A DNA stretch of 64,000 nucleotides from Eledone cirrhosa. Lineage: Eukaryota. The first letter of the stretch is position 1. Each line of letters opens with the position of its first letter. The position numbers were made by a program, and so were the translations under genes. The stretch is taken from positions 260,090,001 through 260,154,000 of the forward strand of contig OZ024740.1 of the NCBI GenBank assembly GCA_964016885.1. The letters run 5' to 3'. Below, piece after piece: positions 1 to 13,405 of this stretch. A model generated the notes under the pieces. It had not been told where the DNA came from and searched no databases. It saw only the letters and a program-made list of their open reading frames with translations.

Positions 1-314
1 AGAAACAATTAATATTATTAATAGTTTTTAGTTTAGGTACAAACCAGTAGTTTAAGGTGAGGGTAAAATCGAGTAAATTGACCGTAGTTCGGCTTGCCTT
101 GTTACACAGTGACATGCTGAATCTCCCTGAGAATTAAGTTGTAAGTACACGTATTTCTGGAGTGGAATGCTCTTTCTTTTACACGCTAATTTCATGAGCA
201 GGCTGTTCTGTTGTTTGAACAAATGGAGCACACATCGCCAACATTGACGGAGGAGCTATTGATGTTAAAGTACCGGCTATGTACTGAGTCTGTATAACTA
301 ACTTTCAACAATCG

Positions 315-1190
315 CCATGCTTTGCAGAAAAGGGTTACATCCCTTTATGGTCGGAGTTCAAATCTCGCCAAGGTTAACTTTGCCTTTCATCCTTACGGGT
401 CGATAAAATAAAGTACCAGTAATGCACTAGGTAATTGCTGGCCTTGTGCCAAAAGTAGAAACACTTATTATTGTTATTATGGCGGTGAATTGGCAGTATC
501 GGTAGAGGGTTGGACATGCTTTCCAGCATAGTTAGGTCCCTTTACGATCTGAGTTCAAATCCTGCCGAGGTTAACTTTGCCTTTCATCCTTACGAGGTCG
601 ATAAAATAAAGTACCAGTAATGTACTGGGTAATTGCTGGTCTTGTGCCAAAAGTAGAAACAATTATTATTGTTATTACGGATTGGCAGCATAGTTAGTGC
701 GTCGGACAAATATTTCACCGTATTCCGGCTCTTTACGTTCAGAGTTCAAATCCTGCCCAGATTAGCTTTGCCTATCATCTGTACGGGGTCGATAAAATAA
801 AGCACCAATTACGCACCGGGGTCGATTTAATCGATTTTCCGCTCCCCACAAAATTGTTGGCCTTGTGCCTAAATCAGAAAGCATTATTTGGATTGGCAGT
901 ATCAGTAGAGGGTCGGACGCCATGCTTTCCAGCATAGTTACGTCCCTTTACGATCTGAGTTCAAATCCCGCCGAGGTTGACTTTGCCTTTCATCCTTACG
1001 GGGTCGATAAAATAAAGTACCAGTAATACACTGATTAATTGCTGGCCTTGTGCCTAAATCAGAAAGCATTATTATGAATTAGCAGAATTGTCAGTGCATC
1101 GGACTTTACGTTCTGGATTCAAATCCTAACAAAATCGACTTTGCCTTTTATCCTCTGGGATCGATAAAATAAACTACCAGTAATGTGCTG
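315..1190 (+). mobile_element. Head-to-tail array of ~5 tRNA-derived SINE copies (octopus-type)
   Basis: Repeated ~170-210 bp units starting near 315, 481, 679, 889 and 1075. Each has a B-box-like GAGTTCAAATC and the body ACTTTGCCTTTCATCC...GTCGATAAAATAAAGTACCAGT; most end in an (ATT)n tail. Confidence 0.85.
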
Positions 1191-1436
1191 ATGTTATACA
1201 TGATTATTATTCATTAATGATTACAACATTAAATTAGTTACGAAATGTTCCTTTTAACTAATTAATTAATTCCATTTGCTGCATAGAAAAATAAAAAATT
1301 ATATTAAAAAATGAGGCCCCCCAAGGGTGTGTGGCTCTGAGTTACAGTTTTGGCTTCTAATTAAGTCCAGAACTGTATGGGTCTATGGAATACTCAGCCA
1401 CTTATACTATAATACACAATGGGCTGTACCTCTAAC

Positions 1437-2627
1437 GGGCGGATTGGCCTATCGGGCAACCGGGCAAATGCCAGAACGGCCGGTGTGCCAGAGGGCCGGT
1501 GCTGCTGCGAACATTTTTAACAATATTTTGGTCACTGACACTGCAGCTTGCAGTGTGGCCGGCCTGCCTGCATGCCGAAGAATGTTAGTGCTATGTTGTG
1601 TAGCATGAGGTTCACGATAACTGAAGTGCAAAACATACAGAGAGATGTAGAAGGGGTTCACCGTGCTGTGTCAGAATTTATTGACTGGACTTCCAAAGAA
1701 CTGGAAGAACGTTGTGAAGCTGAAGGGATTGAAACTGTTTTGATGCCTCAAGACTCCTTTCCAGAAAAAAGAGTGAGAAGAAAAAAGAGAATGCCAGGAG
1801 AAAATGGAAAAGACGAACCTATAGCCGACGCAATGGAAGATTTTACTGTGATTGTACATAATAAGATCACAGATCAAGTAGTCTAAAGCTTGAAATCGAG
1901 ATTTGAATCGAATGGTTCAATTTACAGAGATATGGCATGTTTATCACCACTGAATTTTAGTGATATAGCCACCTGTCTGCCTCAGGATGCATTGGAAACA
2001 TTAAGTAGCCTACTTCTTCGTTTTGAACCGAGTGCAACGAAAGAGAACTTACAACTTGAACTGATTAATCTTGCAAAAAATTGGAGCAGCCTTCGCAAAG
2101 GACTTCCTGAAGAATATGCTGCTGCCACTGCCAGACAATATGATGATGAAGATGAAGGTAAGCAAGTGGTTTCAACGGTTTGTAAGCGTTGTAAAAATTG
2201 TGCAGTGTGCATTTATCAGACTCTGCAGGCTTACAACCTTTTGACTGATGCGTATGGACTAATAGGATTAGCTTATAAATTGATGCTGACTCTATCAACA
2301 ACGCAAGTTGCCTGTGAACGTTCCTTCTCAACTTTGAAGTTTGTGAAGAACCGTCTAAGAAGTACACTAACTGAAAAGCATTTGGATGCTCTCATGCTCA
2401 TGTGTGTAGAAAAAGATGTGCTTAGTCAGGTGGATTGCCAGGATGTTATTGACAAAGTCGCTGAAAACAGTGACCTCCTTCAGAAAAACTTGACCTTTTA
2501 ACTGTTTTGTGTAAATTGTTTTCTTTTAAAAAATATTCTTTTTCAAAAAAACATTTATTTAATTTTGTTTATAGGGCCGGTTACTTTGGATTTGCCAGGG
2601 CTGATTTTAAGTCCCAATCTGCCCTTG
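1437..2627 (+). mobile_element. Internally deleted hAT DNA transposon
   Basis: Imperfect TIRs GGGCGGATTGG (1437) / CCAATCTGCCC (~2614-2624), flanked by CCTCTAAC (1429-1436) and CCTCTAAG (2628-2635), a near-perfect 8-bp TSD. Encloses the transposase C-terminus. Confidence 0.8.
1548..2501 (+). pseudogene. hAT transposase C-terminal half (ZMYM1-like, dimerisation domain)
   Basis: Two same-frame ORFs split by one TAA (1884-1886). Motif LTLSTTQVACERSFSTLKFVKNRLRSTL...LDALMLMCVEKD. Confidence 0.85.
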
Positions 2628-3137
2628 CCTCTAAGTGCCAGTTGTTCCTGAGAACTACGTTGAGGGCATATATTACAGCCCCATTGTGTAGCACCTTGGG
2701 AGGGTGTCTTCAGTTGTGGCTTCGGTTTAGCCAATGCTTTGTGAAATTTAGTGGACAGAGACTGTGCAAAAGGCCAGGCATATATTGTACGTGTATCTGT
2801 GTTTGTTTGTTTCAGCCTTGTGCTGAACTGATCTTAATTTAGTAGTGAAAAAGGAGCATATATTGGTTGTTGTCTGCTATTCACACACAGATGGGATCCT
2901 CTTTCCTTCCATCACGAGATTCATCTAGCTATGATATATTATTTTTGGTAACAGAAACTTATTTGGATCCCTTTAAATGTAGCCCCCCCCCCCAACCCAC
3001 CACTGACTGTTGAATAATTTACACACTTAATTGTTGAAATATAAAAATGTGTCACAGACATAATTGTCAGATACTCAACCAATTCTGGCTGCTCACCCCA
3101 AAACACCAGGTGTCTTGTTCTGTAGATTATCTTGTAG

Positions 3138-3292
3138 AGGTGACGAATTGTCAATCATTAGAACATTGGATAGAATGCTTTGCAGTATTCATTCCATCTC
3201 TCTCCTCTCGGTTCAAATCCTGCTGAGGTCAACTTTACCTTTCATCCTTTCGAGGTTGATAAAAAAAAAGTACCAGTCTAGTACTGAGGTAG
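3138..3292 (+). mobile_element. Degenerate SINE, same family as 315-1190
   Basis: GGTTCAAATCCTGCTGAGGTCAACTTTACCTTTCATCCTTTCGAGGTTGATAAAA...GTACCAGT. Confidence 0.75.
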
Positions 3293-3295
3293 ATT

Positions 3296-3632
3296 CATTT
3301 CATCATTTCATTTTACGTCCACTTTTCCCTGCTTGCAAGGGTGGGACGGGAACTGATTCTGGCTTGATTTCTATAGCTGGATGCCCTTCCTAACCAACCT
3401 CATTTACAGTGAGTGCTGGGTGCTTTTTTGCCGTGGCACCTCCACGACCACTTTGCAGTGGAATGATAGGGACCCAAGTCCCTATCATCTCATTTCTACA
3501 GCTGAGTAAACTGGAGCAATGTGAAATAAAGTGTCTTGCTCAAGGAAACAACACATCACCCGGTCTGAGAATTGAACTCACAACCTTTCGATTGCAAGGC
3601 CAATGCTCTAACCACTAAGCCATGTGCCTCCA
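3296..3632 (-). mobile_element. tRNA-derived CORE-type SINE with RTE-derived tail
   Basis: Minus strand: A/B boxes (TGGCTTAGTGG...GAGTTCAATTC), CORE-like CCTTGAGCAAGACACTTTATTTCACATTGCTCCAG, GGAAGGGCATCCAGC segment, then GGACGTAAAATGA(TGA) end. Confidence 0.85.
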
Positions 3633-3929
3633 TGATTCTTTTTCTATATCTCTTTCTCACTTTCTATCCTTCTTTAGAAGATATCTGCTGTGTTCAGACC
3701 TGGAGAGGGGTTTGGGCTCCGTCAGGTTTTAAAAAAATGTATATGTTCAATGCTGTATGTCACTATAGCACCCCTAAGACTCCATCAGGATTTATGGGTT
3801 CATACAAACATACGGACTATCTCAATGTCTCAAACTTATTACTGTAACCACTGACAGGGGTTTATTAAGCTTAGATGGGACCCCTGGCTGAAAATTTCAT
3901 TGGGTTGTTGTGTATTATTTATATCTAAA

Positions 3930-4150
3930 GTCTGTCTCAAGCCTGGAGGCTCATCAGGCCACTGGTTATCCCAGTTTCCTTGAAATGACTGAGAGTACAA
4001 GATATCTCCTGGACAAGACGCTAGTCCATCGCATGGTTAAACCCCTAGCTATTGCTGATACTTATTTTTAGCCGAGCATACTGAAGCAACGTGAAATGAA
4101 GAGTTTTGCTCAAGAACACAACATACAACCCAGTCCAGAATCAAACCCAT
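3930..4150 (-). mobile_element. Degenerate CORE-type SINE with a different tail
   Basis: GCAACGTGAAATGAAGAGTTTTGCTCAAGAACACAAC matches the reverse complement of the CORE segment. Confidence 0.6.
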
Positions 4151-4547
4151 GACATGAAGGAACAAAAACACTAATTTGGGGTTCTTTCAATGTTGTCAGG
4201 CCCTTGACTAGAGTCCAGTCATCCTTCTCTCTCCTTAATCTGTAAGATGTTTAAAGTATTATGGGTTAATGGTTTATGTATCTGTACATATTGATAGAGG
4301 TTAAATGTCAATGTCACCCCCTCCCAACATGTGGTCACATCCACCCCACTCCTGTTGATCAGAGGTTAAAGGTCAATGACACCCCCTCCCAACAGGTTGA
4401 TCAGAACTAACCAGTGACACACTTGTGAAAACAACACTGTTCTATAAGACAAGTGAGGTCACAATATACATGTTTACACAAAGCTCTCTATCTATATGTA
4501 TATATCAATGATATTAAATATCCCATTAAATATCCCTTTTGCTTATA

Positions 4548-5152
4548 TCATCATCATCATCATCACCGTTTTATGTCCGTTCTTCCACGCTAGCATGGGT
4601 TAGATGGGTTGTCCTGTTGTGGGCAGTGTCTGGTCGGCTGACCATGTCTTGTTCATACAGGAACTGATTTGGCTTGATTTCTACAGCTGGATGCCCTTCC
4701 TAACACCAACCTCATTTACAGTGAGTGCTGGGTGCTTTTTCGTGGCGCCTACACGTCCACTTTACAGTGTGGGCTGGGTGCTTTTTTGCTGTGGCACCTC
4801 CACGACCACCTTGCGGAGGGGGTGTGGGGGCATATTGTCTATATGCTTCAGCTTGTACCCATGGGAGGTCGGGTACTCTGTATTACTGCATGACGCCAGA
4901 GGTCAGGTCGTGTGTCATTGACTTTGAGAGGTGTAATTGGGTAAGGTCGGCTTTTATCACCTCATCCCAGATCATCTTGGGTCTCCCCACTCCGCGGTTT
5001 CCATCGACTTCTAGTGCTCTTCACCTTTTTATGCAGCTGTCATCCTTCATACGCATCACATGTCCATACCAGTGCAACCGCCTCTCCTGCACACAGCATT
5101 TGATTCCTCTTATGCTCAGTCTCTCTCTCAATTCATTTATGCTTTGTTGTTC
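4548..5152 (-). mobile_element. RTE LINE 3' fragment (family B)
   Basis: Minus strand encodes [17 protein letters not shown]...GRPKMIWDEVIKADL, then a long 3' UTR and a (TGA)n tail. Confidence 0.9.
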
Positions 5153-5169
5153 GCGTATATATATATATA

Positions 5170-5355
5170 ATTGTTTCTACGTTAGGCACAAGGCCAGCAA
5201 TTACCCAGTGCATTACTGGTACTTTATTTTATCGACCCCCGTAAGGATGAAAGGCAAAGTTAACCTCGGCGGGATTTGAACTCAGAATGTAAAGGGACGT
5301 AACTATGCTAGAAAGCATGGCGTCCCGCCCTCTACCGATACTCCCAATCCACCGC
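5170..5355 (-). mobile_element. SINE, same family as 315-1190
   Basis: Reverse complement of the unit at 889-1074. Confidence 0.85.
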
Positions 5356-5414
5356 ATTATATATATATATATATAATGGAAACACATTATGCATGTATAT
5401 GATAGTGCACATAC

Positions 5415-5977
5415 TTAAATATGGAATGATACATGATGCCCTCCCCCTACAGCCCTGGCGGACAGGGTAGAGAAGGCGTTTCCCCGGAGGATGGCAAGGG
5501 AGACGCGCTGGAAAAGCCACTCCAAATCGCGGAATTCGCACCTGCGGCTTCCCAGCTCAGTGCCTATGGTGGTGAGTAAGGAGGTAGCCCTAGGGCCGAG
5601 GACGCCAGAAGTCTTCACTGCCAGGGGTACAACCGCAAACCTGTCGGAGAGCAACCGGTATTTGAGGAGTTTGGCCCCCTCAGCAGCAGAACCGGGTTAG
5701 TTGCAGACTGCACCAGGTTGCAGCTGCAGAAAGTGTCAGTGCAAGTGGCATCCCAGACGAGGGGTTTGCTACCGCGGAATAGGAAGATGGTCATGCCATC
5801 TGGCCTTTTGCCTTCCCCTCGGTCCAGCCCCACCAGCTCGAGCTGGGAAGGGAAGCCTGCAGCGTCCAAGCCATGCTTTATGACCTCATTGAGGGCAGCA
5901 TGACATGGAAGGCAGCCGGTGACAGGAAAGTGGGTGGAGGCCGAAAGAGTCCACGGTGGATCCGCAGCGACATTGGT
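5415..5977 (-). pseudogene. CRE-clade-like non-LTR retrotransposon C-terminus (zinc knuckle + restriction-like endonuclease)
   Basis: Frameshifted minus-strand translation: CRCGSTVDSFGLHPLSC (CCHC), HAALNEVIK, KRPDG...LVWDATCTDT, VPLAVKTSG, WLFQRVSLAILRGNA. Confidence 0.8.
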
Positions 5978-8413
5978 TGAAGAGAAACAAAAAGTGCTGA
6001 CATCATTGTTGTGTGAGACACATTCTGATAGGAGTGACCGGACCTTCAGGCAGATCAAGGCACGTGTGCAACATCGATTGAGAGCCATGCAGGATACCTA
6101 GTGGAGCCAAAAGGCTGATGAAATCCAGAAGGCCTCAGATAGACTTGATACAAAGCTCCTATACAGTCTGCTCAGGGAGGTGTATGGTCCGACCGGTTCA
6201 CAAATATCACCACTTCGCTCCAGGGATGGCAAGGAATTGCTCAGAGATCCGAAGGAAATCCTGATCAGGTGGCATGACCACTTTGATGAGCTTCTCAACA
6301 GACCATCAGAAATTGATGAGTTCATCTGGTCGATTCCATGCAGACCTACAAAGCTGGTATTTAATGTGGTGGCGAAGGCCATTGCCAAAGTCATCTGGAA
6401 TGGATGGACTGAGTGCCGAAACTTTCAAGTGTGCTGGTGATAACTTCTTAAACCGCCTCACTGATCTCTTTGTGATTGTTTGGAATGAAGATCTGCCACA
6501 GGACTGGAAAGATGCATTGATGGTGGTACTTTACAAAGGAAAGGGAGCCAAAGATGACTGTGGCAACTACAAAGGTATCTCGTTGCTATCTGTGGCTGGG
6601 AAGATCTTGTGCAGGATTTTGTTGGACAGATTGATACAGCACATTGCTGTTGAGGTACTTCCTGAGTCCCAATGTGACTTTAGGAATGGCAGAGGCAGTG
6701 TTGACATGATCTTCTCGGCCAGACAAAGACTGTCATCATATACCAACCTGCTCCAGATAGAGTTTTCAATGAACCCTCCATATAAGTATACAGTCAAAAG
6801 CTGAAGGCTGCTGACACATTTGTGTATTCGGGGAGTACTCTGAGTGTGGCCTGTTCTCTTGATGCATTGAGCAGTGCATGAACTTATACCAAGTTTTTGT
6901 CAATCTGACCAAGGCATTTGACACCGTTAGTCGGAAGGCTTTGTGGGTTATTTTGGCGAGATTGGGCTGTCCTGAAAAGGGTGTGAACATTCTGAAACTC
7001 TTCCACAATGACATGCAGGCATGGGTGAATGTTGGAGGTAAACTGTGTGAGCCAATCTTGGTTGAAAATGGTGTCAAGCAGGATGATATACCTGCACCAA
7101 CTTTGTTTGCTTTGTATTTCGCAATGGTGTTCTTCATGGCCTTCAGGGATTGTAAACATGGTATCTATCTCAGATATCGCACTTCCGGCAAGCTGTTTAA
7201 CCTTAGGCATCTCACTGTCAACACTAAGGTACAGAGTACCTTGATCAGAGAATTTTTATATGCAGATGATTGTGATCTCTTTACACACTCCCAGAGTGAC
7301 ATGCAACACCTTATGAATTCTTTTTCCAATGCGTGCAGTGCTTTGGGACTGACAATCAGTCTGAAGAAGAGTGTCGTCATGTACCAACCTGCTCCAGATA
7401 GAGTTTTCAATGAACCCTCCATATATGTATACAGTCAAAAGCTGAAGGCTGCTGACACATTTGTGTATTTGGGGAGTACTCTGAGTGTGGCCTGTTCTCT
7501 TGATGCAGAAGTTGGTCTACGTGTTAGTAAGGCAAGTGAGTCATTTGGAAGGCTCAACGACTGTCTTTGGTGCAAGCGAGGAATCACAATGAGGACCAAG
7601 GTGAGAGTGTATGCTGCATGTGTACTGTCAGCTTTGCTGTATGTATGTGAGACATGGGTTGCCTACAAATGGCATATCCACAGACTGGAATGATTTCACC
7701 AGCAGTGTCTCAGAAAGATGCTCGGTATCAAGTGGCAGATGCATGTGAGTGATGTTGAGGTCCTTGAGAGAAGTGAGTGTCGGATCATTGAGAGTATCAT
7801 CCACCAGCGGCGTTTGCGATGGACCGGGCACCTCTGAAGAATGGAGGATGATTGAATCCCAAAACAACTCTTGTATGGCGAGCTTTGTGAAGGTAAGAGA
7901 CCACCTCACAAGCCAAAGCACCGATTCAAGGATTGTGTAAAGGACTCATTGAAAAAAAATGGTTTGATGATGGCTGACTGGGAGATAGAAGCTCTTGAAA
8001 GAGAAACTTGGCGCAGAATGGTGAATGATGGGGTCCATAATTTTGAGGACAGACGCATAGAGCACGAGAAGATCAAACGGGATGTGCGTAAGCAATGCCC
8101 TGGTGTATCTCTCGAAACGATCGGTGTCTCCATTGAATTGAAGTGCCCTGAGTATGGAAAAATTTGCTTGAGCAAATCTGGTCTCAGGAGCCACAGTCGC
8201 AGCCATATTCAAAGAGAACCTGTGAACTATGATCTCCACGGTGTTGTGAGGGTTCATGGGCAACCTGATGCAGGACCTCAAGCCAAGGAGATCCATAGTT
8301 GTCAGTGTGTGAAGGAGTGCAAGTCTCTAGCAGGCTTGAAAAGCCATATCCGAGCGTCACACATCTGAATCTGACAAGCAATTGCAATGCTCTTGGCAGA
8401 TTTTGTAGCCATC
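5972..8413 (+). pseudogene. RTE-clade LINE, 5'-truncated and frameshifted: RT plus two C-terminal C2H2 zinc fingers
   Basis: NYKGISLLSVAGK, TKAFDTV, GVKQ, YADD, FVYLGS; fingers CPEYGKICLSKSGLRSHSRSH and [19 protein letters not shown]. Ends directly in (AT)n. Confidence 0.92.
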
Positions 8414-8444
8414 ATATATATATATATATATATACACATATATA

Positions 8445-9324
8445 CAGGGTGCGGACGATATTTGTTCGCAAGATTACTGTCTAGGAAAACTAACACAGTA
8501 GTTTTATTTTTTAAGATATATTTATCAAACTTGGGTCAGTTTGTCTTCATGACTTGTTCTTTCGATCTCACTCGGCTTTGATGATGGCCTCAAGGCGGCC
8601 TCGGAACTGGCTACAGGCCTTCATCACTGTCCCTCGACTTAGGCCCCTAAAGGCAATTGTGATCCTGGCCTCCAGATCGTCTTTCGTATTGCAGCTAGAT
8701 CTGTTGGTGTCTCATTCCACTGCGCCCCACACAAAGAAGTCGAGGGGGTTGCAGTTAGGTGAGCTGGGAGGCCAGATGTCAGGTGAAGTGTGGTCGACGA
8801 AGTTCTCTGACAGCCAGGCTTGGGTCTTTCGGCTGGTATGGCAGGGCGCTGAGTCTTGCTGTCACACGTACGGTCTACCTGCTGCTACCTGGTCGATCCA
8901 GGGCTTTACTACCTCGCTCAGAACACGGATGTAGCCATCGGTGTTCAGTTTGAGGCCCTCAGGGAAGAAGTGAGGTGGCATGACGTCACCTTGACTGCTG
9001 ACTACACTTAAGACCAATGTTGTCGCTGGAAACTTTGTCTGCATGACTCTGGGTCTGCACGTCTTTGGATGAGACAGCGAGCCACCTGTTGTTCTGGGAG
9101 TTGATCTTCTGGTCTTCTTTGTCCTCCCGGCGCGGTTTCCAAGAAGAACTCTGTGTCTCTTTCACAAATTTGGAGGTTCAACATTAATTGTAATCAATTA
9201 TTCTGAAAATAAATAATGGAAATATAGTCACTGTTTTTATGAAGACAAGAGTGACAACGGAAGTAAAAAAAATTTGCATAAAATTAGCAGTTGAAAATTG
9301 CAAACAAATATCGTCCATTCCCTG
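8445..9324 (-). mobile_element. Tc1/mariner superfamily, DD37D (maT) family, internally deleted
   Basis: 27-bp TIRs (CAGGGTGCGGACGATATTTGTTCGCAA, 23/27 match), TA flanks. Minus strand QQD-SAPCHTSRKTQAWLSENFVDHTSPDIWPPSSPNCNPL-D gives 37 residues between the 2nd and 3rd catalytic Asp. Confidence 0.9.
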
Positions 9325-9349
9325 TATATATATATATGTATATATGTAT

Positions 9350-9383
<34 letters not shown>

Positions 9384-9442
9384 ATATAAAATAAAATAAT
9401 TAAGTCAAATATTTAAAATTTGGCTTCGTTTATTAAAGGTGT

Positions 9443-9497
9443 ACTGCTATATATATTTCGGTGACAGCCATCCTTGGCTGTGACCTCTTCAGGCAGT
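9443..9497 (-). ncRNA. Type I hammerhead ribozyme (minimal helix III)
   Basis: ACTGC-CTGAAGA-GGTCACAGCC[AAGGAT]GGCTGTCACC-GAAA-TATATATA-GCAGT, with AATAAA just downstream. Confidence 0.85.
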
Positions 9498-10359
9498 CCG
9501 AATTGGTGTGGTAGAGACAGGTACACATGTTGTTGAGGTGTTTAACTCCGTCAATACGCCGGTATGCCCAGTTCCTGGTTGGGTTGTTATTTCTCTGAGG
9601 AACTGGAATCATATGAATTCGAACAAACGAATTTCGGTGTCAAAGGACACTCCCTCCTCCCATTGGTCAGTGAGAACATTCCTCAGTCAAAAGTCTATAG
9701 AAATTTTTCTGAGGCAAGGCAATCTGTTGTCGTTGTTTTTGTTAAGTACAGCTGACCTCCTCCCTTGTATTGGTGTTAGGGGGTCAGGGGATCAGTAGGC
9801 AGGTCAGCTTTAGTTCGGCTGCTGCTATGTTTAGAAGAATGTGTGTGTGGGTTGGCATCCATCCTGCCACCATTTCCCCGTGGTGGTGGTGGGGTACGGG
9901 GGGGGGGGGTATTTGCCAATCAGAGGAAGAAATAAGATAAAGTAAAATGGAGAAATAAAAGAATTAGAGGCAATAAAATGAAGAAAATAAAAAGATAAAA
10001 AAATAAAAAAATAAACAAAAAAATAATAAAATAATAAAAAGAATAAAGGAATAAAATAAAATGCGTGTGTTATAACCAATCTCAAAGTTTGAAAGATTTT
10101 GAAAATATTGACTGAAGTAGAAAGGCTGTGTGTCAGAATCAAGAAGTGCAAAGGATTACAATCTTTACACTATCATGGTGTGGTGCGTTTTAAGAGCAAA
10201 TGAGAGAAGGGCGGAGTGTAAAACACCAGAACCCGAGTGTTAAAAACCGGGAATACAGAGGACTACAGTTCCTATTTCGGCAGAGTACATATGCGTGTAT
10301 GTCAACTCACATCGTTCCAAGCATACATGCACAAGCACAGGCCCAGGTGCATCCTCTAT

Positions 10360-10397
<38 letters not shown>

Positions 10398-10574
10398 ACA
10401 TGCACACACACACCCACACATGTAAGTATCTGTGCATGTACAATCTTAAATAACAGTATCCATGTATGGATATATGCATAAGTACGTGTTGTCACAGGAG
10501 TCGATCAAGGCAGGGGTAGGGGTGGTGATTGTGCAGGTGGTGATTTACCATGGGCTCGGAGTGGTGGGGCTGCT

Positions 10575-10877
10575 GTCCTTATAGCTAGAGGGAAGTTCCC
10601 ATCCCATTGTGTTGTTATTGTCCATATAGCTTGAGGAAGGTGCCGGCCCTGAGGTGTCTACATGTCCCGGAGAAGTCCCTATAGCTTGAGGGAAGTTCCC
10701 ATCCCAATGTGTTGTTACTGTCCATATAGCTTGAGGAAGGTGCCGGCCCTGAGGTGTCTACATGTCCCGGAGAAGTCCCTATAGCTTGAGGGAAGTTCCC
10801 ATCCCAATGTGTTGTTACTGTCCATATAGCTTGAGGAAGGTCCCGGCCCTGAGGTGTCTACATGTCCCGAAGAAGTC
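10575..10877. repeat. Three tandem copies of a 100-bp unit spanning the PLE ORF end
   Basis: ATAGCT(A/T)GAGGGAAGTTCCC recurs at 10581, 10681 and 10781. Confidence 0.95.
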
Positions 10878-11869
10878 AGTCGTGAGGTTTATCAGGCTGC
10901 TTCCACCGCTGAGTATCTCGAGGGTCTCGCTCAGACATAGTTTGCAGATGCCAGAGCCCCCTTTATTTGGTCATACTTTCCTGATTTTGGACCAGGCCAG
11001 AGAGTACGGGGTTCTGTCCAGCTTCAGCTTCCAGATCAGTTCGGAAAGAGCCGTACTTTTCCTTTTGTCCTCCCTATTAAAGGAATGGCGATGGTTATAC
11101 CATTGGTCTTTAAAGCTCGTTGATGTGGCTCCTATGTAAAGGTGTTCAGAGTTGGGGGTTTTTACTCTACATCTGTATATTAAGTTCTTCATAAGGCAAT
11201 CATTACTAAGGGGGCATAATTCGGGGTTTCTGCAGTTGCAGGAGGTGGTCGACCTCAGCGTGCCTAGTGTGGGGTTCCCGTTGCGTATTATATGGTGGTC
11301 CTCCCCCGGGCCTTGTGGGGGGTCCCATGGTTCTGCTGGGTGCTTATATTGTCAGCTTCTGGTTGTGTGTGGTTTTTAAGTCTACCCCTATTGATGCTAG
11401 CTATGTGCTGGGCCATATTTTGTGTGGTAGAATACGAGAGCTTCACAGTGTGTCTGTTGAAGATCTTGCGGTATCTATGGTCCCTCGGGGAGCATTTATC
11501 TAGTGCTCTAAAGAATGAGCGGGCCAAGCTGTTCTTTAGGGCCGCTGAGTAGGGTGGGTTGTACCACGTGATTTTTCTGCGTTGGGGAGTTGTTGGGTTG
11601 CTAGTGGTTCCCCTGCATTGCTGCTTCCCCTTTGGGCGTTATGTGTTTTGCTAACTTCCCGGCCCTTATCTGTGGGGTGGTTGTTGCCCACGCTGGGAGC
11701 TCTACAATGGGAAGGTCCTCCATCAGTCCCTCTTCGTGTCATGCAGTTGGGGGCGTTGGGCCCGGGGTGGTTAGTATTGGGTTTCCTCCCATGGTTAAGC
11801 GTACGCGTCCCCCTTGCCAATGTGGTGGTGTCAGGCCCATGGTGTTTAGTTGTTTCCACTCTGCCTGTG

Positions 11870-11919
<50 letters not shown>

Positions 11920-11964
11920 ATGGAGTTGTGTATATATGTATGTATATATATATATATATACATG

Positions 11965-12014
<50 letters not shown>

Positions 12015-12070
12015 ACGAAGGAGTTGTGTATATATGTATGTATGTATATATATATATATGTATATGTATG

Positions 12071-12466
12071 TCATCATCATTTCATTTTACGTCCGCTTTT
12101 TCCCTGCTTGCAAAGGTGGGACGGGAACTGATTCTGGCTTGATTTCTACAGCTGGATGCCCTTCCTAACACCAACCTCATTTACAGTGAGTGCTGGGTGC
12201 TTTTTTACCGTGGCACCTCCACGACCATTTTACAGTGTGGGCTGGGTGTTTTTTTTGCTGTGACACCTCCACGACCACTTTGCAGTGGAATGATAGGGAC
12301 TGGGACCCCAGTCCCTATCATCTCATTTCTACAGCTGAGTAAACTGGAGCAATGTGAAATAAAGTGTCTTGCTCAAGGAAACAACACATCACCCGGTCTG
12401 AGAATTGAACTCACAGCCTTTCGATTGCAAGGCAAATGCTCTAACCACTAAGCCATGTGCCTCCAT
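12071..12466 (-). mobile_element. CORE-type SINE with RTE-derived tail
   Basis: Same head, core and tail as 3296-3632, with an extra copy of the internal module. Confidence 0.88.

Positions 12467-13402
<936 letters not shown>

Positions 13403-13405
<3 letters not shown>

Larger units (their letters stand above)
9385..11866 (-). mobile_element. Penelope-like element 3' part (Hydra-clade-like): GIY-YIG endonuclease, long 3' UTR, hammerhead
   Basis: CNCRNPELCPLSNDC-LMKNLIY...LYIGAT...STALSELIWKLK, KLSYSTTQN upstream. Both ends abut (TA)n. Assigning the whole 9.4-10.5 kb stretch to the UTR is inferred. Confidence 0.8.
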
